A stretch of DNA of 64,000 nucleotides, from contig OX597815.1 of assembly GCA_951406725.2 (NCBI GenBank), forward strand, positions 47,430,001-47,494,000. The letters are read 5' to 3'. The notes under the pieces were generated by a model, which searched no databases, was not told the origin of the DNA, and was given only the letters and a program-made list of their open reading frames with translations. The stretch comes from Octopus vulgaris. Taxonomy: Eukaryota. The position numbers were made by a program, and so were the translations under genes. Below are positions 25,166 to 39,343 of the stretch, in pieces; positions within the stretch are counted from its first letter, which is position 1; each line of letters begins with the position of its first letter.

Positions 25166-26910
25166 TTTTTCATTTAGAAAATATATCTTCAGATGAAGCA
25201 TGTAGGTCTACATTATACATGGAGCCTTACCTTGTTAATGTCAGTGTTTCTTTCCTTTTCCATTGTTAATGCTCTCAGTGGTAGCGGAAATGGAACAGCG
25301 ACGACCAAAACACAGTGTCGTATTCAGATTCACCTCGATTATATCCCTTTAAAAAAAAGTATTTAAGTTGCTACAATCGGCAAAACTCCTTGAAGGCGAT
25401 GTCCCAGCAGGACCTTATTTCATTGAATGAAACTTATAAAAGATTAGGAAAAAAATAGAATACAGCTAGAATCTAATTCCATTAATTCTATAACTCCAAA
25501 TCCTTCTTGTATAACCTTTCTCATATATTTATTGAAGTAGTTACGTTATTTTACCCAGAATTATATTGACTCATTCATTCTATTTCTTATCCTTATCTAT
25601 TATTCAATACTTTATTGAACGCACGATCTTCCTTATTCTATTCGTCATTCTGTTAACAATGTTTAATTTCCTTGTTAATCTAGATAGGAAGGGCTCTGTT
25701 CAAAACCTATGACAAAGCAAGGGAAATCCCTTCTGAATGACCCTATACATTATATCCATCCTATATTTCCAGTCATCATTCCGTTCGATATTATTCTTAT
25801 TTTCATACACAATCCCCTTACCCCGCTTTCTCTCTCTCTCACACACACATATACACGCACGCACACATCTTCCTTGTTTGTAAACATTTCTATCGCCTTC
25901 AATTCCTTCTATGTCCTCTTCTCTCTCTTCATCCTCTTACTATCTATTTTATTTCTATGTTTTCTGTATGGTACAATGAGATAAACATTAACCCAATCAC
26001 ATCAAACATTAAACAGAACTACCAGTAAAACTGGTAAATACAAAACAAAAATTACCTGAGCTACAAGTACATACAAAATAGAGAAAATAACTTATTTCCT
26101 TCAATCTACACTTTATTTCCTTTCTCTTTTGCGTACTGTTTCTAATGATTCTAACCTGTTTCTTTCCATTTGCAAACTTTCCCCCCAACTCACTGACTGG
26201 CCACATTCCTCCCAGAAACCTTTTCTATTCAACTAAAGCATTCCGTTTTCTCTGTCACCCTTCCGCCAACTCTTAAGTATCCAAAGCATTTATTTATGCT
26301 TTATTATTTCTTTTTATCAAATATACATTTATGTATTTTTTCTTTGTAGGATTTTTTGATGATTGAACAAAAAATAACTCTATAATCAATTGAATGAGAC
26401 GGCCAAATAATTAAGAACTAATTGACCAATTCCGGATCATTAATATTATTTTTCAGCAGTATTTTTTAATTGCATGCTTTCACAGCACTATCGAGTGCAT
26501 CTCTGTGTGCCTTGGGTACGTGCAGTATTTTTTTCAGTCGTTCTGAATTCTGCTGTATTGAAAATACTCTATGCAACACGTGTACAGTGCCTAGTAATGT
26601 TATTTTCTCTATTTTGTATATATGTGTAGCTCAGGTAATTTTTGCTTTGTATTTACCGGTGCATTTAAAAAAAAATTTGTAAGGCAACTATTATTAGAGA
26701 ATTTTTTTCTGTTTTCAATCTACAGAACCGCTTTTTCTTTTTCTATATATTTCTATTTGTTTAAGCAAAGTCTCTAGTTAGAAAATCTTCTGTCGTCTGT
26801 AGAGAATGGTAGGGGTTCGCTCCCATGCTTGCAATATATATATCGGGTGCAGATGTCATCTATAACCAGCTGGCGATAAACATATATTTGTTTAAGTTTT
26901 CCTGTTAAAC

Positions 26911-27149
26911 AAGTGGTTCTTAACTGGGGTCCACATAAGATTTTGCTGTTAAGGTTTATGTGCAATAAATTAGTTATACTTCTACAATACACAAAATATT
27001 TTAGTCTTTTTATACAATTTCAAATAATATTTAATTACAAAAATTCAATAGGATTTTTTTTTGATATATACATCGAATCGCTATAGAGGTCAAGTTGAGG
27101 AAAACAAGAATCAAGGGGTCCATAAGCAAAAAATCGTTGAGAACCATTG
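26911..27149. mobile_element. hAT-type MITE
   Basis: Termini AAGTGGTTCTTAAC / GTTGAGAACCATTG. TSD TGTTAAAC/CGTTAAAG. Confidence 0.75.
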
Positions 27150-27989
27150 CGTTAAAGTATTTAGAGGTGTTTGTATTTCATAAGAACTATGTGACTGATG
27201 TGACGTGTTTTAGTGTCGAACGATGATTAAGAAATTGTACCGTTTGTATTCTATTGTATTAGTTGGTAACACTCATACAGAATTGTATGAGTTGTTGATA
27301 GTATACCATCTGATATCGGTTATGTAAGTGCTGTGTTATTATAACTTCGATAACTTAGATATTTTCGGCCAAATCAAGTTTTGTGGTATGATCGGCCATT
27401 CAAGTAGGGAGTCGTTGTTGACTGAGATGTATCCAGATATGGTAGGTACTGATTGTGAGCGATATGTTTTCTGTGGTTTGTAATACATTGTTAATGGTTG
27501 TTTTGTAGAGAATGTGTTATTATTGAGAGTTGATTGTAAAGAGTATGTTTTGTGTTATATTGTTTGGCAACGACATTATAGAAGGATTCTCGACGTTACC
27601 CTGGTAGTCTACCAGTAGACCCTACCAAAACTTTGTTGGTCCATTGCAAGCTTCATAATACTAACAAAGTCACATTCTTCTTTTCACATGAGATAATTTA
27701 AGTCAGTTAAATGTAAGTTTTTATTCTTCGTTTTCTACGTTTGCGTAACTTTTTCTACAAAAGGTAAAGGTCTGAAATTTGTTGGAAGCGGGCTAGTTTA
27801 TTACATCAACCTCAATGCTCGACTGATACTTATTCCATTGACCCCGAAAGGATGAGAGGTAACGTTGACCTCAGCGGAATTTGAACTCAGGACACAAAGC
27901 TGGATGAAATGTTAAGCATTTTGCCCGGTGTGCTAACCTATTTGGCCAGCTCGCCACATAATGTGATATATAAGAGCGTAATTAGATGT

Positions 27990-28450
27990 AAATATAAATT
28001 TGGTATCGCTAACGTTTTCTTGAATTTTGTGAAACGTTTCTGAAAAGTTTGTACGACACTACTGAAGATTATATCTAGTGCTATATTATTGGGTAGAATT
28101 TCTATAGAGTATGTATGAATTGTGGGCTTTGTCTAGTCTAGCTAAAAACCCAATCGTGTCTCTGAATATTCTCGGATTCTGCAAGGACTGGTCAGTCAAT
28201 AGTGATGTGGCCAATATTTTCTTGGTCCCAGCTATGTAGTTTGCATTTAATGTTACCATTCTTTTCAGTTCGCGTAAAATCACACACCGATACGCTACAG
28301 TCTCTGATACACAGCTCTGCCTTTTCTAAGTCTGCTATAATTACCTTTCCGCCATTAAGGTGGCTGTGCTTGTATCATCTATACGCAAAGCATTCCTATT
28401 CCACTCGTCTTTCCAATGCTCATCACTCTTTTGTCCCAACTTATAGGCTC
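27990..28450 (-). pseudogene. Possible Penelope-type RT relic
   Basis: TSLLTDQSLQNPRIFRDTIGFLARL...LYRN resembles IS.FVD..LQP...PSYIRDT.DFL.KL...SLYTN. Weak match. Confidence 0.3.
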
Positions 28451-30775
28451 CGCACTAATTACTATATCAATTACTTCTTTCACAGAACGTCAGTCGTGTG
28501 CAGTTCTCTCCTTGCTCATATTTTCCCTGCTGGTATTGAATTTGGAGGTCCAAAAGGAACATTAGTGTCATCATGCTTAATAGGAGTACCTGAAAACGCC
28601 ATGAATTAAATGAATAAAATATTAGTTTCAATTTTTGGCATAAGGCCAGCAATTTTGAGAAAGGGAGCAAGTCAACTGCATCGACCCCAGTACCCTGCTG
28701 GTACTTGTTTTATCAACACTGAAAGGATGGAAGAAAAGTCGACTTTAGTGGAGATTGAACTCAGAACGTACAGACTGGCGAAATGTCACCAAGCATTTGC
28801 CCGGCGTGCCAAGGGTTCTGTTTGCTCACAGCATGGCTCTTCAATTAAATATATATAAAACATTTGTAGCAAGACATTGGTCTTGTGCAGATATGTTTTT
28901 GCTATTATTTCAGAGCTTTCAAAGGGCGGTGATCTGGTAATAATGTTAGCAACGCCGGACAAAATGTTTAACGGAATTTCTTACGTCTTGAGTTCCAATT
29001 CCGCCGAGGTCGTCTATGTCTTTCATCGTTTTGGGGTCGATAAAATAAGTACCAGCTGAGCACTGGGGTCGATGTAATCGACTTATAACCCCAGCCACAA
29101 AGTTGCTGGCCTTGTGCCAAAATTTGAAATCATTATTTCAGAGCTTATGTACCAAAATTGGCATCACACTATCTTACTTTCTCCCTGTCAAATCTTGTAG
29201 AATATTGACCATGGAGTGGTTTTCCTCACCATTTTTCTTTAATATATTTCTGCTTTGATTTTTGTCAGTCAGACAATCAGACGATACACAACGTTTAATT
29301 AAAAAGATGCGATGATCACTGCTTGAACGGTTTTAATCATCGACAGACTATCCTCTATACAGTCTATTAACCTTCTAGAAATAGCAGCCAAATCACGCCG
29401 AAGAAACCAGAAGGATAAAAGAATATTAGTGAAACTAAATGGTCATGGTTGGAATGTCTTTGATCATACGTCTGCCAAATATTTTTTTTTCTCTTCCTCT
29501 CGGATAAAAAATGATATCCACATTAGTCCCGACAGAATTATCGATACTTTGATTTAAGCAGAGCCTCGTACGTATTTTTCATAGACTGACTTTTCAGGTC
29601 AAATATGGAGGTGGGTTTGATGTATACCGTTTGCTTGTTACTAGACTGCACACATTAGCATTGGTCGACCAATATTCACCCTGTTGATTAGGCCAGCATA
29701 TCAGCATCTTGCTGACTAGGATTGCGCATTCAACGACTTTGTATTTTTACATTTTTTCTTTCTTTATTCGCTTCATTTTGTCGTTCAATCAAGAGTAATC
29801 AATGAGATAACAAGAATAATGAAATTAGCTATAATCAGCAAACGTGCTTCGGCAGTCGTTTTCTTATAGCTTGTTTGCACTATATTTGTGTTGTTGTTAT
29901 TGTTACTGTTGCTACTACTGCTGCTGTTGTTGTTGTTAAGGAGGATATTATTTTCTTGTTACAATTTTTTTTATTTATTTTTGCCTTGACCATTCCCTTT
30001 TTTATTATTTTTCTTTTAATACATATTTATATTATATAGTTTATATTATATATCTTTGTTTTTGCTGTTTTATTTTTATGCGTAAATATCTTTTTTTATC
30101 TATTTTTAATATCGTATATTTTATTTTGTAACTGTTTTATTTTTGTTTCGATTTATTTTGGGCTTTCTTCTTCCTCATTTCCTTATTATATATTTATTTT
30201 TCTTTCCGGCTTTTTATTAATTTATTACCATTAATTTTTTTTGTAAAAGTCAGCAAATTATCAAAATGTCGCCTGGCGTCTGCCTGTTGGAGGAAAGGAA
30301 GAAAATTGATGATCTAACCTCTCCGTCTATCTCTCTGCTACGTACAAAATCTAATGGATGAGAAATCTAATGGAGTCAGGTAAAATAAGTTCATCTTTCA
30401 TTTCTATCTTTTTTCCTTCCTTTCTTTCTTCCTTTTTACTTCATTTTTTTCTCCTTCTTTCCTCAATATTTTTACATTTTTCACCAATACAAAGCACACA
30501 CATACAGGAAAAATAACACATAACAGAAATACCCGTCACAGGTGCATGCATATATACATATAAAATTAGTGTAACAAACACGTATCAAAGCAGAAGCATT
30601 TTTCATATGCGGGAAAAACGTATACTCGTGCTTACACATTCAAATAAAACTCAGTGCACATGGAATCACATACAGAATAAAGCAGAGAACTATTATGTAT
30701 ATAAATGCAAATGTACATACACATGAATATGCACACAGGCATTCATAGATACATCCATCCACCAAACCATCCATC

Positions 30776-30817
<42 letters not shown>

Positions 30818-31467
30818 GGCGGCGAACTGGCAAAATCGTTAGCACACCGGGCAAAGTGCTTGGCGGCCTTTTGTTCTGAGTTCAAATTCGTTCTGAGTCC
30901 AAATACCGATAAGGTCAACTTTGAATTTCATCCTTTGAGTACCAGTGATTCACTGCGGTTGATGCAATCAACCCACACATTTCAGGCCTCTCCCACACAT
31001 TTCAGGCCTTGTACCTTTAAATGAAAAGATTATTATTATTGTTATTATTATTATTATTATGGCGGTGAACTGACAGAATCGTTAGCGCGCCGGACGAAAT
31101 GCTGAGCGGTAATTCGCCCGTCACTACGTTCTAAGTTCAAATTCCGCCGACGTCGACTTTACTTTTCATCCTTTCTGGGTCGAAAAATTAAGTACCAGTG
31201 AAACACCGGAGTCGATGTAATCGATTAGTCCCCTCCTCAAAATTTCAGGCTTTGTGCCTTTAGTAGAAGGGGTTATTATTATTATAAGTCGGTGAGCTGG
31301 CAGAGTCGTTAGCATGCCGGGCGAAATGCCTAGCGGTATTTCGTCTGTCTACACGTTCTGGGTTCAAATTCCGCCGAAGTCAACTTTGCCTTACTTCCTT
31401 TCGGGGTTGATATAATCGATTTAACCTCTACCTCCAAATTTCAGGTCTTGTGCCTATGATAGGAAGG

Positions 31468-31511
<44 letters not shown>

Positions 31512-31715
31512 GGCTACGAGCTGGCAGAATCCTTAGCACTCTAGGCAAAATGCTTAGCGGCCATTAGTTCTGAGTTCAAATTCCGCTGTGGTCGACTTTA
31601 CCTTTCATCCTTTCTAAATCAATAAATTAAGTACCAGTGAAACATTGGGGTCGATGTAATCGACTAGTCCCCTCCCACCAAATTTCAGGTCTTATTCTTT
31701 TGGTTAAAAGGGTTA
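30818..31715 (+). mobile_element. Head-to-tail array of four family-B SINEs separated by (ATT)n
   Basis: Heads at 30818, 31061, 31288 and 31512. All have the AAATTTCAGG.CTTGTGCC..GAA.GG(ATT)n tail type. Confidence 0.9.
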
Positions 31716-31727
31716 TTTTTATTATTA

Positions 31728-31766
<39 letters not shown>

Positions 31767-31767
<1 letters not shown>

Positions 31768-34700
31768 TTTATTGTATTTGCTGCGGAGTGCATCGGACGT
31801 GTTTTTGAACCCTCCAAGTAAGTTCTTTTGAAAACAATTGTTTACACCCGTTTGCTGCCGTTTTTTCGGTTTATATTTTGTTCCAAGTTGTTAATAGAAA
31901 CACCAAGAACTTGTCACTGGGTTTCTGTGTTTGTTTGGCCCCTTACGGGGCTATATTCTGCCCACCAAGTAAGTTCGGTGGTTGTTTAATCATATACAAT
32001 TCAACAAGATGAGTGGGGCGCATCTTGAAAAAGTTAAGAAAAAACTATATCTCCCGCAGGTCTAGTGACTGCTGAAGATTTCCCTTCCCTGTCCCTCCAT
32101 TACAGGCCAACAATACAGGAGAGGAGGGAAAAAAGGGAGGCAGAAAAGTACAAAGTACACCAGTGGCAACATCGACAACAGTAGTGGTAGCTGTGACCCT
32201 AACAGCGGCAGCAGCTACAGTAGTAGTAGTGGTAGCTACTACAACGCGAGAAGCGGTAACGGCAGCAGCATCAGTGGCAGTGACAATAACCGCAGAGACA
32301 GCAGTTTCGTTAACACTGCTACGGATTTTAGCGGAAAAAATAATCCTACAGTTGAAGGCGGAGTGGAGGGAAATAGCGATAACAGTGAAAGTGGCCACAA
32401 CTCCATCACCACGAACAGCAGCAGCAGCAGTAACAACAACGATAACAACAGCAACGACGACGACAACAACAAAGACAATAACAAAAATAAAAGGTTTGCT
32501 GAGGTAGTGAACTCAAAGAGAGAAATGTTTGCTATCGCACTCGATGACAAAACTCCTGAACTCTCAAAAGCGAAAGACATCATTAAGTCTGAGCGGGGTA
32601 AGGCTGCAGTGTTCGTACCTACCGAAATAATAGAGGCAAAAAAGAAGACAGTATACTTCAGATGCGAATCATGCAAAATTAGAAGAGCCTCCATTGAAAT
32701 AGCCTCCATCAGTCATGTTGAGAAGGCCCTCAGAGAAACTTTAACAGATGTGGTCCATATACAGAGTGAGGGGAGTTTACCAGCATTGAGTTCTTCTTTA
32801 AAAGTAAGGATCTCTCGCAAAGAAACGCAGTGCCACGCCGATGGACTGAGGAGTGGGTCCTGCATCCTCCTACTTCTGAAATTGGACGACCAGAATTAGT
32901 GTAAATGATGTGCCACCAGGAGCAAACGTCAGATGGATTGTCACCTGTGTGGTGCACGACTCAGAATCACTCCTGGAGGTAAAAAGGAGCAGCAGGGAGA
33001 ACTGCTGTGGGATCAACTTGGAAATATTAATCCATGTGAAACCAGGAAATATCGAGAAAATCTCGGACCTTATCCAGCTACCCAACAAGGGGGAATTGCT
33101 TGTTGTCGTGGAAGACAAGAAGCCCAGATGCGACTTCTCTGGGACCATAAGCCACCTGAGAGCTTCTTACCCCCAAAATTTGGGAAGTACGTGGCTAGAC
33201 CTGCAACCTACATTGCACTTTCAACAATAGCAACAGCAACAACAGAGACATTTTAATAAAACGGTAGCTTCATCTCCAACTACAACCGAGACATGTGAAT
33301 CCCATTGGATGGAGGAAACCACTCAGAGTATCTGTCAAACCAGCCTTCTTTGCCCTCTTTCTCAATCATACACTCACACCAACATGCTCATACTACCACA
33401 AACACAGTAATTCTCCCCGAGGCAGATCCTACAGACACTACTTCCTCTTCATCCAGTAGGGAAGATGAGAAAAAACGCTACAAGGCAAAAGCAAAAAAAC
33501 CTTAAAAGACAAAAGATAAAGAAGACGAACCTACACTAACACTGAAAGCACTGAAACCCCCTGCACATAGGACATAGACGGCAAAAACAACAACAGCACC
33601 AGAACCACCACTACCCCAACCAAATCCACCAAAACATTCACAACCACATGTAGACCCCAAAACAAAGTTCACAGTCATCAATACGGAAACATTGAATTAT
33701 GTGCTCATGAGGAGAGCCAACAAAAATTTGTTGGCTCTCATAGCCAGAAACAAGGAGATTCAGACAGAAGGTGCAATTTACGACACCAGCACCCTTAACA
33801 TTCCGGATCACTTAATGCTAATTTGGCTACACCTCTAAACACAAAGAAATTCAGAGGGGTTTCCAGCATGACGTAGAAAGGCCAAACGTCTGCGCCACGA
33901 ACAGGCTTTTAGCCGGTTTCCCAGAGGAACCAGATCCAGAGCCCTGGTCATCAGGCTACTACCAGATCCAGGAGGGTATGTAACCCCGCTCTTTTTCTCT
34001 TTTCTTCAACCCTTTCGAGCCGTCATGGTGATTTTCAGAATAGGCTGCATAAATGTTCGCGGCCTGAGGTCGCCCTGGAAGCAAGGTCGCTTGCTCAATG
34101 ACCTCAGGTCGCTAGGTTTGGATCTGATTGCAGCCAGTGAGACCAGGCTTTCCGACACACGCGATCTTGCACCCATTTTCGACGACTGTGTGTTCTACGC
34201 ATCTCTTAGTCGGCCCAGAATGGGAGGCGGTAGCAATGCTGTTTAGGAAAGGCCTGTTTCTCGAAGTTCGGACGATCTTCCTGGACCCGGAGGGTAAGTC
34301 CTGGGCCTGAGCGACAGTGAAGGTGATGCCTTTAGTCTAGTCGCTGTTTATGACCCCAAGGGGGTGGGGAAGCCAGATTTCTCCAGATGTTTGGAGGTTT
34401 TCCTTGGGACGTCACGCCCTTTATTGTTAGTTGACAGGAGAGGAGGAGTAAAAACCTCACAAAACTGCTCAGTCGCTTCCTGTTGGATGACAGGAACTTA
34501 CTGGATTTCCCGAATGCGCTAATGTGGACATGAATGAACCACGTCGGGTCTTCCAGATCGTATCAAGATAGAGTAATTTGTAGGCCTGTAGATAGAAGTA
34601 ATATAAATTGTCCATGTTTCAAAGTCGTCGGCTATATGGACCATAAATTTGTGATTTGTACAGTCGACATAGATAGGATCCATAGACTGGGCCCCGGATA

Positions 34701-35290
34701 CTGGAAGATGAACACGTCCTTCCCAAGCTTTCAGAGACCGGGTTACCAAGTTAGCGCATCGGAATTTGGAGAGTGCGATCGTCAAAAGCAGATGGTAGAT
34801 AACCCTGAAAAGGATTATTAGATTAGAGGCGGTAGTTTTTAGTTAGGAAATACCGTTAGAGGAATCTAGGAGAGGGGGAGACTAAGTTAGGACGTTAGAA
34901 GAAGCGCTTAGGAAGGGCACAGCGACCGACGTGCTAGCGACGAGATTGGCTCTTGATCAATTCTTCAACGCCAAGCACGGAGGTTGCATTGTTAGAACTA
35001 AAGCGTATGCACTGAAATGGGAGGGGACAAAAGCGTTTTATGGGCCCGAATGCAGAGGCGCTGCGTGGAAACAAAGCAACATTTCGGGCTTAGGCGATCT
35101 GTGATGGGTGCATGATAACCGAGTCTAAGCAGATGTGTGCGGAATTTCAGCGGTACTTCACCGAAGTGCATGGGTGCGTGGTGGTTCTGGGACGGTGATG
35201 GATTTCACCTCCTATCTTAGTGGCATGCCACGCCTTTCAACCATGGATGAGGAGTTCTGCGAAATGCCAATATCAGCCGAAATGCGAAAT
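31767..35290 (+). mobile_element. Tx1-clade LINE with 5' UTR, disrupted ORF1, APE endonuclease and linker; missing the RT and 3' end
   Basis: ORF1 VNDVPPGANVRWI...VVVEDKKPRCDFSGTISHL (decayed knuckle). ORF2 from 34025: IGCINVRGL...DLIAASET, DPEGK, DHKFV, GPGYWKMNTS, PRLS..DEEFCEMPIS. Confidence 0.85.
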
Positions 35291-35748
35291 GCCAAAGTCA
35301 AAGCATTTGAAAGATACACCCAAATATATAAAAGTAGAACTTTATACATGCTCAACTTCGGATGACAGTTCTGTATCCAGTTCTGGAAATTATGTTTTGT
35401 AAACAACAGACTATGCTGACGATCTTGCAGATATTTGTGTGTTCATATACGTAAATATTAACAAGTGAAATCAATGGTACGTAGGTAATCATTTTTTATT
35501 TCGTATATTTTCATTTGTCTTGCTTATTTTTACATTTTGGGTTTTTACTGAGATTTTTCTTGAAAACACATTCTTCGTAGTAATACCGATATGACGTCTA
35601 TGTTTAGCATATAGGGTTTCCCCTTTAGTGGTCATTCCTCTAAATTTTGTATGTAACACAATTTTTAAATCTTCGGATTTTTTTAAATACATTAAGCCAC
35701 CGGTTTTAGTTGATTACTATCAATTTCTACCCTTATTATTTAATTTAT

Positions 35749-35824
<76 letters not shown>

Positions 35825-36450
35825 GTTTGTGTGTGTGTACCTTTTAGCATTTCACATAATTTTTCATTCTTCTTCCTCACTATTCTCCCACCAATCTCCT
35901 CTTTTCCCACTTCAATATTCTTTTATCATTTATTCATCCATTCTTTTTAGATATAATTTAAACAACTTTTTAATTGAAATGCCAAAAATGCGTTGATTTG
36001 TCGTTACCTTACTTCCTATTGCTGCTAATTAACAATCCCTTTGGTCCAAAGCCACAGACAATAAAACAAAGCTGTAACTAGATCTTTGTAACTAAATATT
36101 TTAGTTAAAATCTGTCAAAGCCTAGTGTATGCTACTCATCGTCTTAATTGTACTATTCGCTGGTTCGAGCAAGTTTTACGTTTTTCTTTCTTTTTTTTCT
36201 TTTATTTTAACTGACAGTTCTTCTTGAACTAATAATGCTTCAAGTCTTCGAGTTTGTGACTAAATCATAATTCTTTGTAAAAATCTTACAACAAAATTGT
36301 TGAAGTCATTTGGAGGGTTATGAAAATTAAATCTTGCGTCAGACTGACTTGTCTCCCTTATTAGCAAGTTCGATCTCTCATAATATCGCTAATGTCTCTC
36401 TCCAAGCAAATCTGCCAAACAAAATATCGTCCCTCAGAATTTCCATTCTT

Positions 36451-36681
36451 ATTTCTTTACTGACCACAAGGGGCTACACAAAGAGGAGACAAACAAGGAT
36501 TGACAAACGGATTAAGTCGATTATATCGCCCCCAGTGCGTAACTGATACTTATTTTATCGACCCCGAAAGGATGAAAGGCAAAGTCGACCCCGGCGGAAT
36601 TTGAACTCAGAATGAAGCGGAGGACGAAATACCGCTAAGTATTTCGCCCGGCGTGCTAACGTTTCTGACAGCTCGCCGCCT
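36451..36681 (-). mobile_element. Family-B SINE (Tx1 tail)
   Basis: Full head and tail, TSD TCCATTCTT. Confidence 0.9.
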
Positions 36682-37476
36682 TGCTCTCCATTCTTGCTCA
36701 AATATTATATTTATCTACCTGTTAGCTGTATATACAGACAATAAGTTCAGTATAATAGAAAAGGAAAACTGAGGAAACATTGTGATGTGAGTTAGCGGTT
36801 GTAGTGGATTGTCGAAGAAATCTGTGTTGTTCAGCTAATTTCTTTTTATATTTTATTTATTACTCGTTTTAATTTTAGAAAAAATATTAAAAAGTATTCA
36901 TGTGTGTCGCTATGGCCTCGAAAATATTACACGGTGTTCATTTGAATCGATAATGTACAAGATGAGCCGACATTGCATCGGTCTTTCACGTATGTTCTGA
37001 ACAAATGGCAGGTCTTTGTATTTCTGTTTAGGCTGTGGTATGTATGTGTATATGTAGTCACACGAAAACCATAAAATATTATTTGTATCCTCACATTTGA
37101 GAAAATTAAAGACCATTCAAATACTGGAGGATAATGTGCTAAACAGAATTTCCATGGAGTGATTTACTAAGCAATCACAGAAACATATACGTTTGATATC
37201 GGTCGAAAAGCGCTCACAGGTTATTGAGTATATGTATGCGAGGGTGTGTGTATAATAGTAAAATATTGCTTTAGTCAGTAGAAATAGGTTTTTAGTTTTC
37301 AGTAACCAAGGCCGTGGATACTTTTTAAAATATTCCACCAAAAGAAACTTTAAATACCTACAGAAACTTTAAATACCTTCTCAATTCTTTCACTTTAAAG
37401 CAGCAAATATCGTTATTTTATTGTAGATTTGGTTGTTTAATCTTTTGAAACAGAAATAGGTAAAGTCATTCTAGAT

Positions 37477-37800
37477 CATGTGGGATCCATGTAGACCCTG
37501 AGGGTCCTTATAATTTTTTGGGGGGGTCCATGCAACAAAAGTGTAAATTGAGGATCCACAATAGTATTTTAAGGACCCCCTGGAAATCTTTTACTTTAGA
37601 TGTATGTATTGCAAGAAATAGGTTTCTTTCTTTGACTTTTTACATTGTTCACCCCACACAAGTTAATGTGTGAAAAACAAAATATGAATAAAGAAGTTTC
37701 TATAAAAACAGGTTTTAAACGTCAAATTGCTAAGGGGGTTCAACAGAATAATATAGTAATCATAGGGATTATAGATCAAAAACATGGCTGAGAACCTCTG
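37477..37800. mobile_element. hAT-type MITE related to 26911-27149
   Basis: Right terminus GCTGAGAACCTCTG, TSD TTCTAGAT/CTCTAGAT, GGGGTCC/GGACCC subterminal motifs. Confidence 0.7.
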
Positions 37801-37997
37801 CTCTAGATGGTTAGTAATACATAATAGTACTTTTATATTTAGGAAAAATTTGTGTAATGATCTCAAGGTTTACCCGAGCACGAAATTTAATGATTTTATT
37901 GAATTTAATTGGTATTTTTAATCCTCAGATACGGTTAGTAATGAATTTATTCATTTACTCTCATTTATAATAGTTTGAATCTAATTTACACTTAAAT

Positions 37998-38215
37998 ATT
38001 GGTTTCAAATTTTGGCACAAGGCCAGCAATCTCGAGGGAAAGGGACGAGTCGATTACATAGACTCCATTGCTCAACCGGTACTTATTTTATCGACCCCCG
38101 AAAGGATGAAAGGCAAAGATGATCCCGGTGGAATTGGAACTTAGGATGTAGTGAGGGGTGAAATTCCGCTCAACATTTTGCCTGGCGTCCAAACGATTCT
38201 GTCAGATTACTGCTT
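37998..38215 (-). mobile_element. Family-B SINE with a third tail type (GCTGGCCTTGTGCCAAAATTTGAAACCAAT)
   Basis: Same head and centre. This tail is also seen near 1270, 8880, 22090, 22630, 23310, 28625 and 29110. Confidence 0.8.
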
Positions 38216-39279
38216 TAATTTAAACTAAAATATTGAGTAGTGATTTCAGTTGGTCTACATTGGGTGCATCAAGAATGATAAAAAATTAATATGGGCTGCG
38301 CCAGAGAAACAGTTTCACATATCTCTGAAATTATTTAAGTTCATTAAAATTTTCTCATGTAATGCCTTCAGTTTTATTTATCAGCTTTATAAAATGTTTA
38401 ATGGTATATGGATTTGTGTGAGTTTCATATTTTTTTATGTTTGTGTTTTTGGTGGGAGTATTATACTTTTAAATAAGTTTGACATTCATTTAATGGAATA
38501 ACCTTGTTTAACTTACGTTAAATCTTGTCTCCTAGTTAAACCACTATCTTACACACCAAAACATTGGACTACTTAGAGTTGTGGACTGTTCTGCCAACAT
38601 ATGCTTAAGTTTTCTGTCCCACCAGGTCATGAAAAGGCCGGCCACATCTCCAGCTACACTGACACCGATGGCTGCACCTTGAATCTGCATGTATAGTCTT
38701 TAGTTAAACTTTACTATGTGGTTCTTCAAGATGATTTTTACACGTCCACACATGTAGAGATGCACATTCATACAAACACGGTACATAGTTGCAAAACACA
38801 CACACACACACACACTTGGATATGCATACACAAGGAGACAGAGGTAGACAAACACACACACGCACACACACATACATAAAAAACACACAAACAGAGACAC
38901 GCAAACGCATGAATTTGAAGAATACATACAAATATACACACATACATACATATATACATATGCACACACACACATACACATGCATGTATACACACACATG
39001 CATACATACATGCATACATGTGTAGGTACACCCACTACCCCACACACATGCGCACAAACAAAAGAAAAGGAACGCAGTGTGAATAACGGACAGAGTCAAA
39101 ACTATTGAAAAGTTTGCAAGACGCAACGAAAATCTTAGAAAGTAAAAAAGAAGTAAGTGGGAATTTTACCGGTGACTGTGTTAAATTATAAGGAACTAAA
39201 AGAGAATGGCTCTCCTCAGACACGACAGAATATACTTCAACACACGAACTCACATAAAGAATCTTGCAAACCAAATCCA

Positions 39280-39343
<64 letters not shown>

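Noticed and set aside
30818-31715. Repeat-spacer periodicity suggestive of a CRISPR array
   Set aside because: The units are about 220-bp SINEs with Pol III boxes in eukaryotic DNA; no cas genes.
35430-35745. Possible further Penelope termini (also 58420-58740 and 58890-59040)
   Set aside because: They abut (TA)n, but no foldable hammerhead core or ORF motif is visible.
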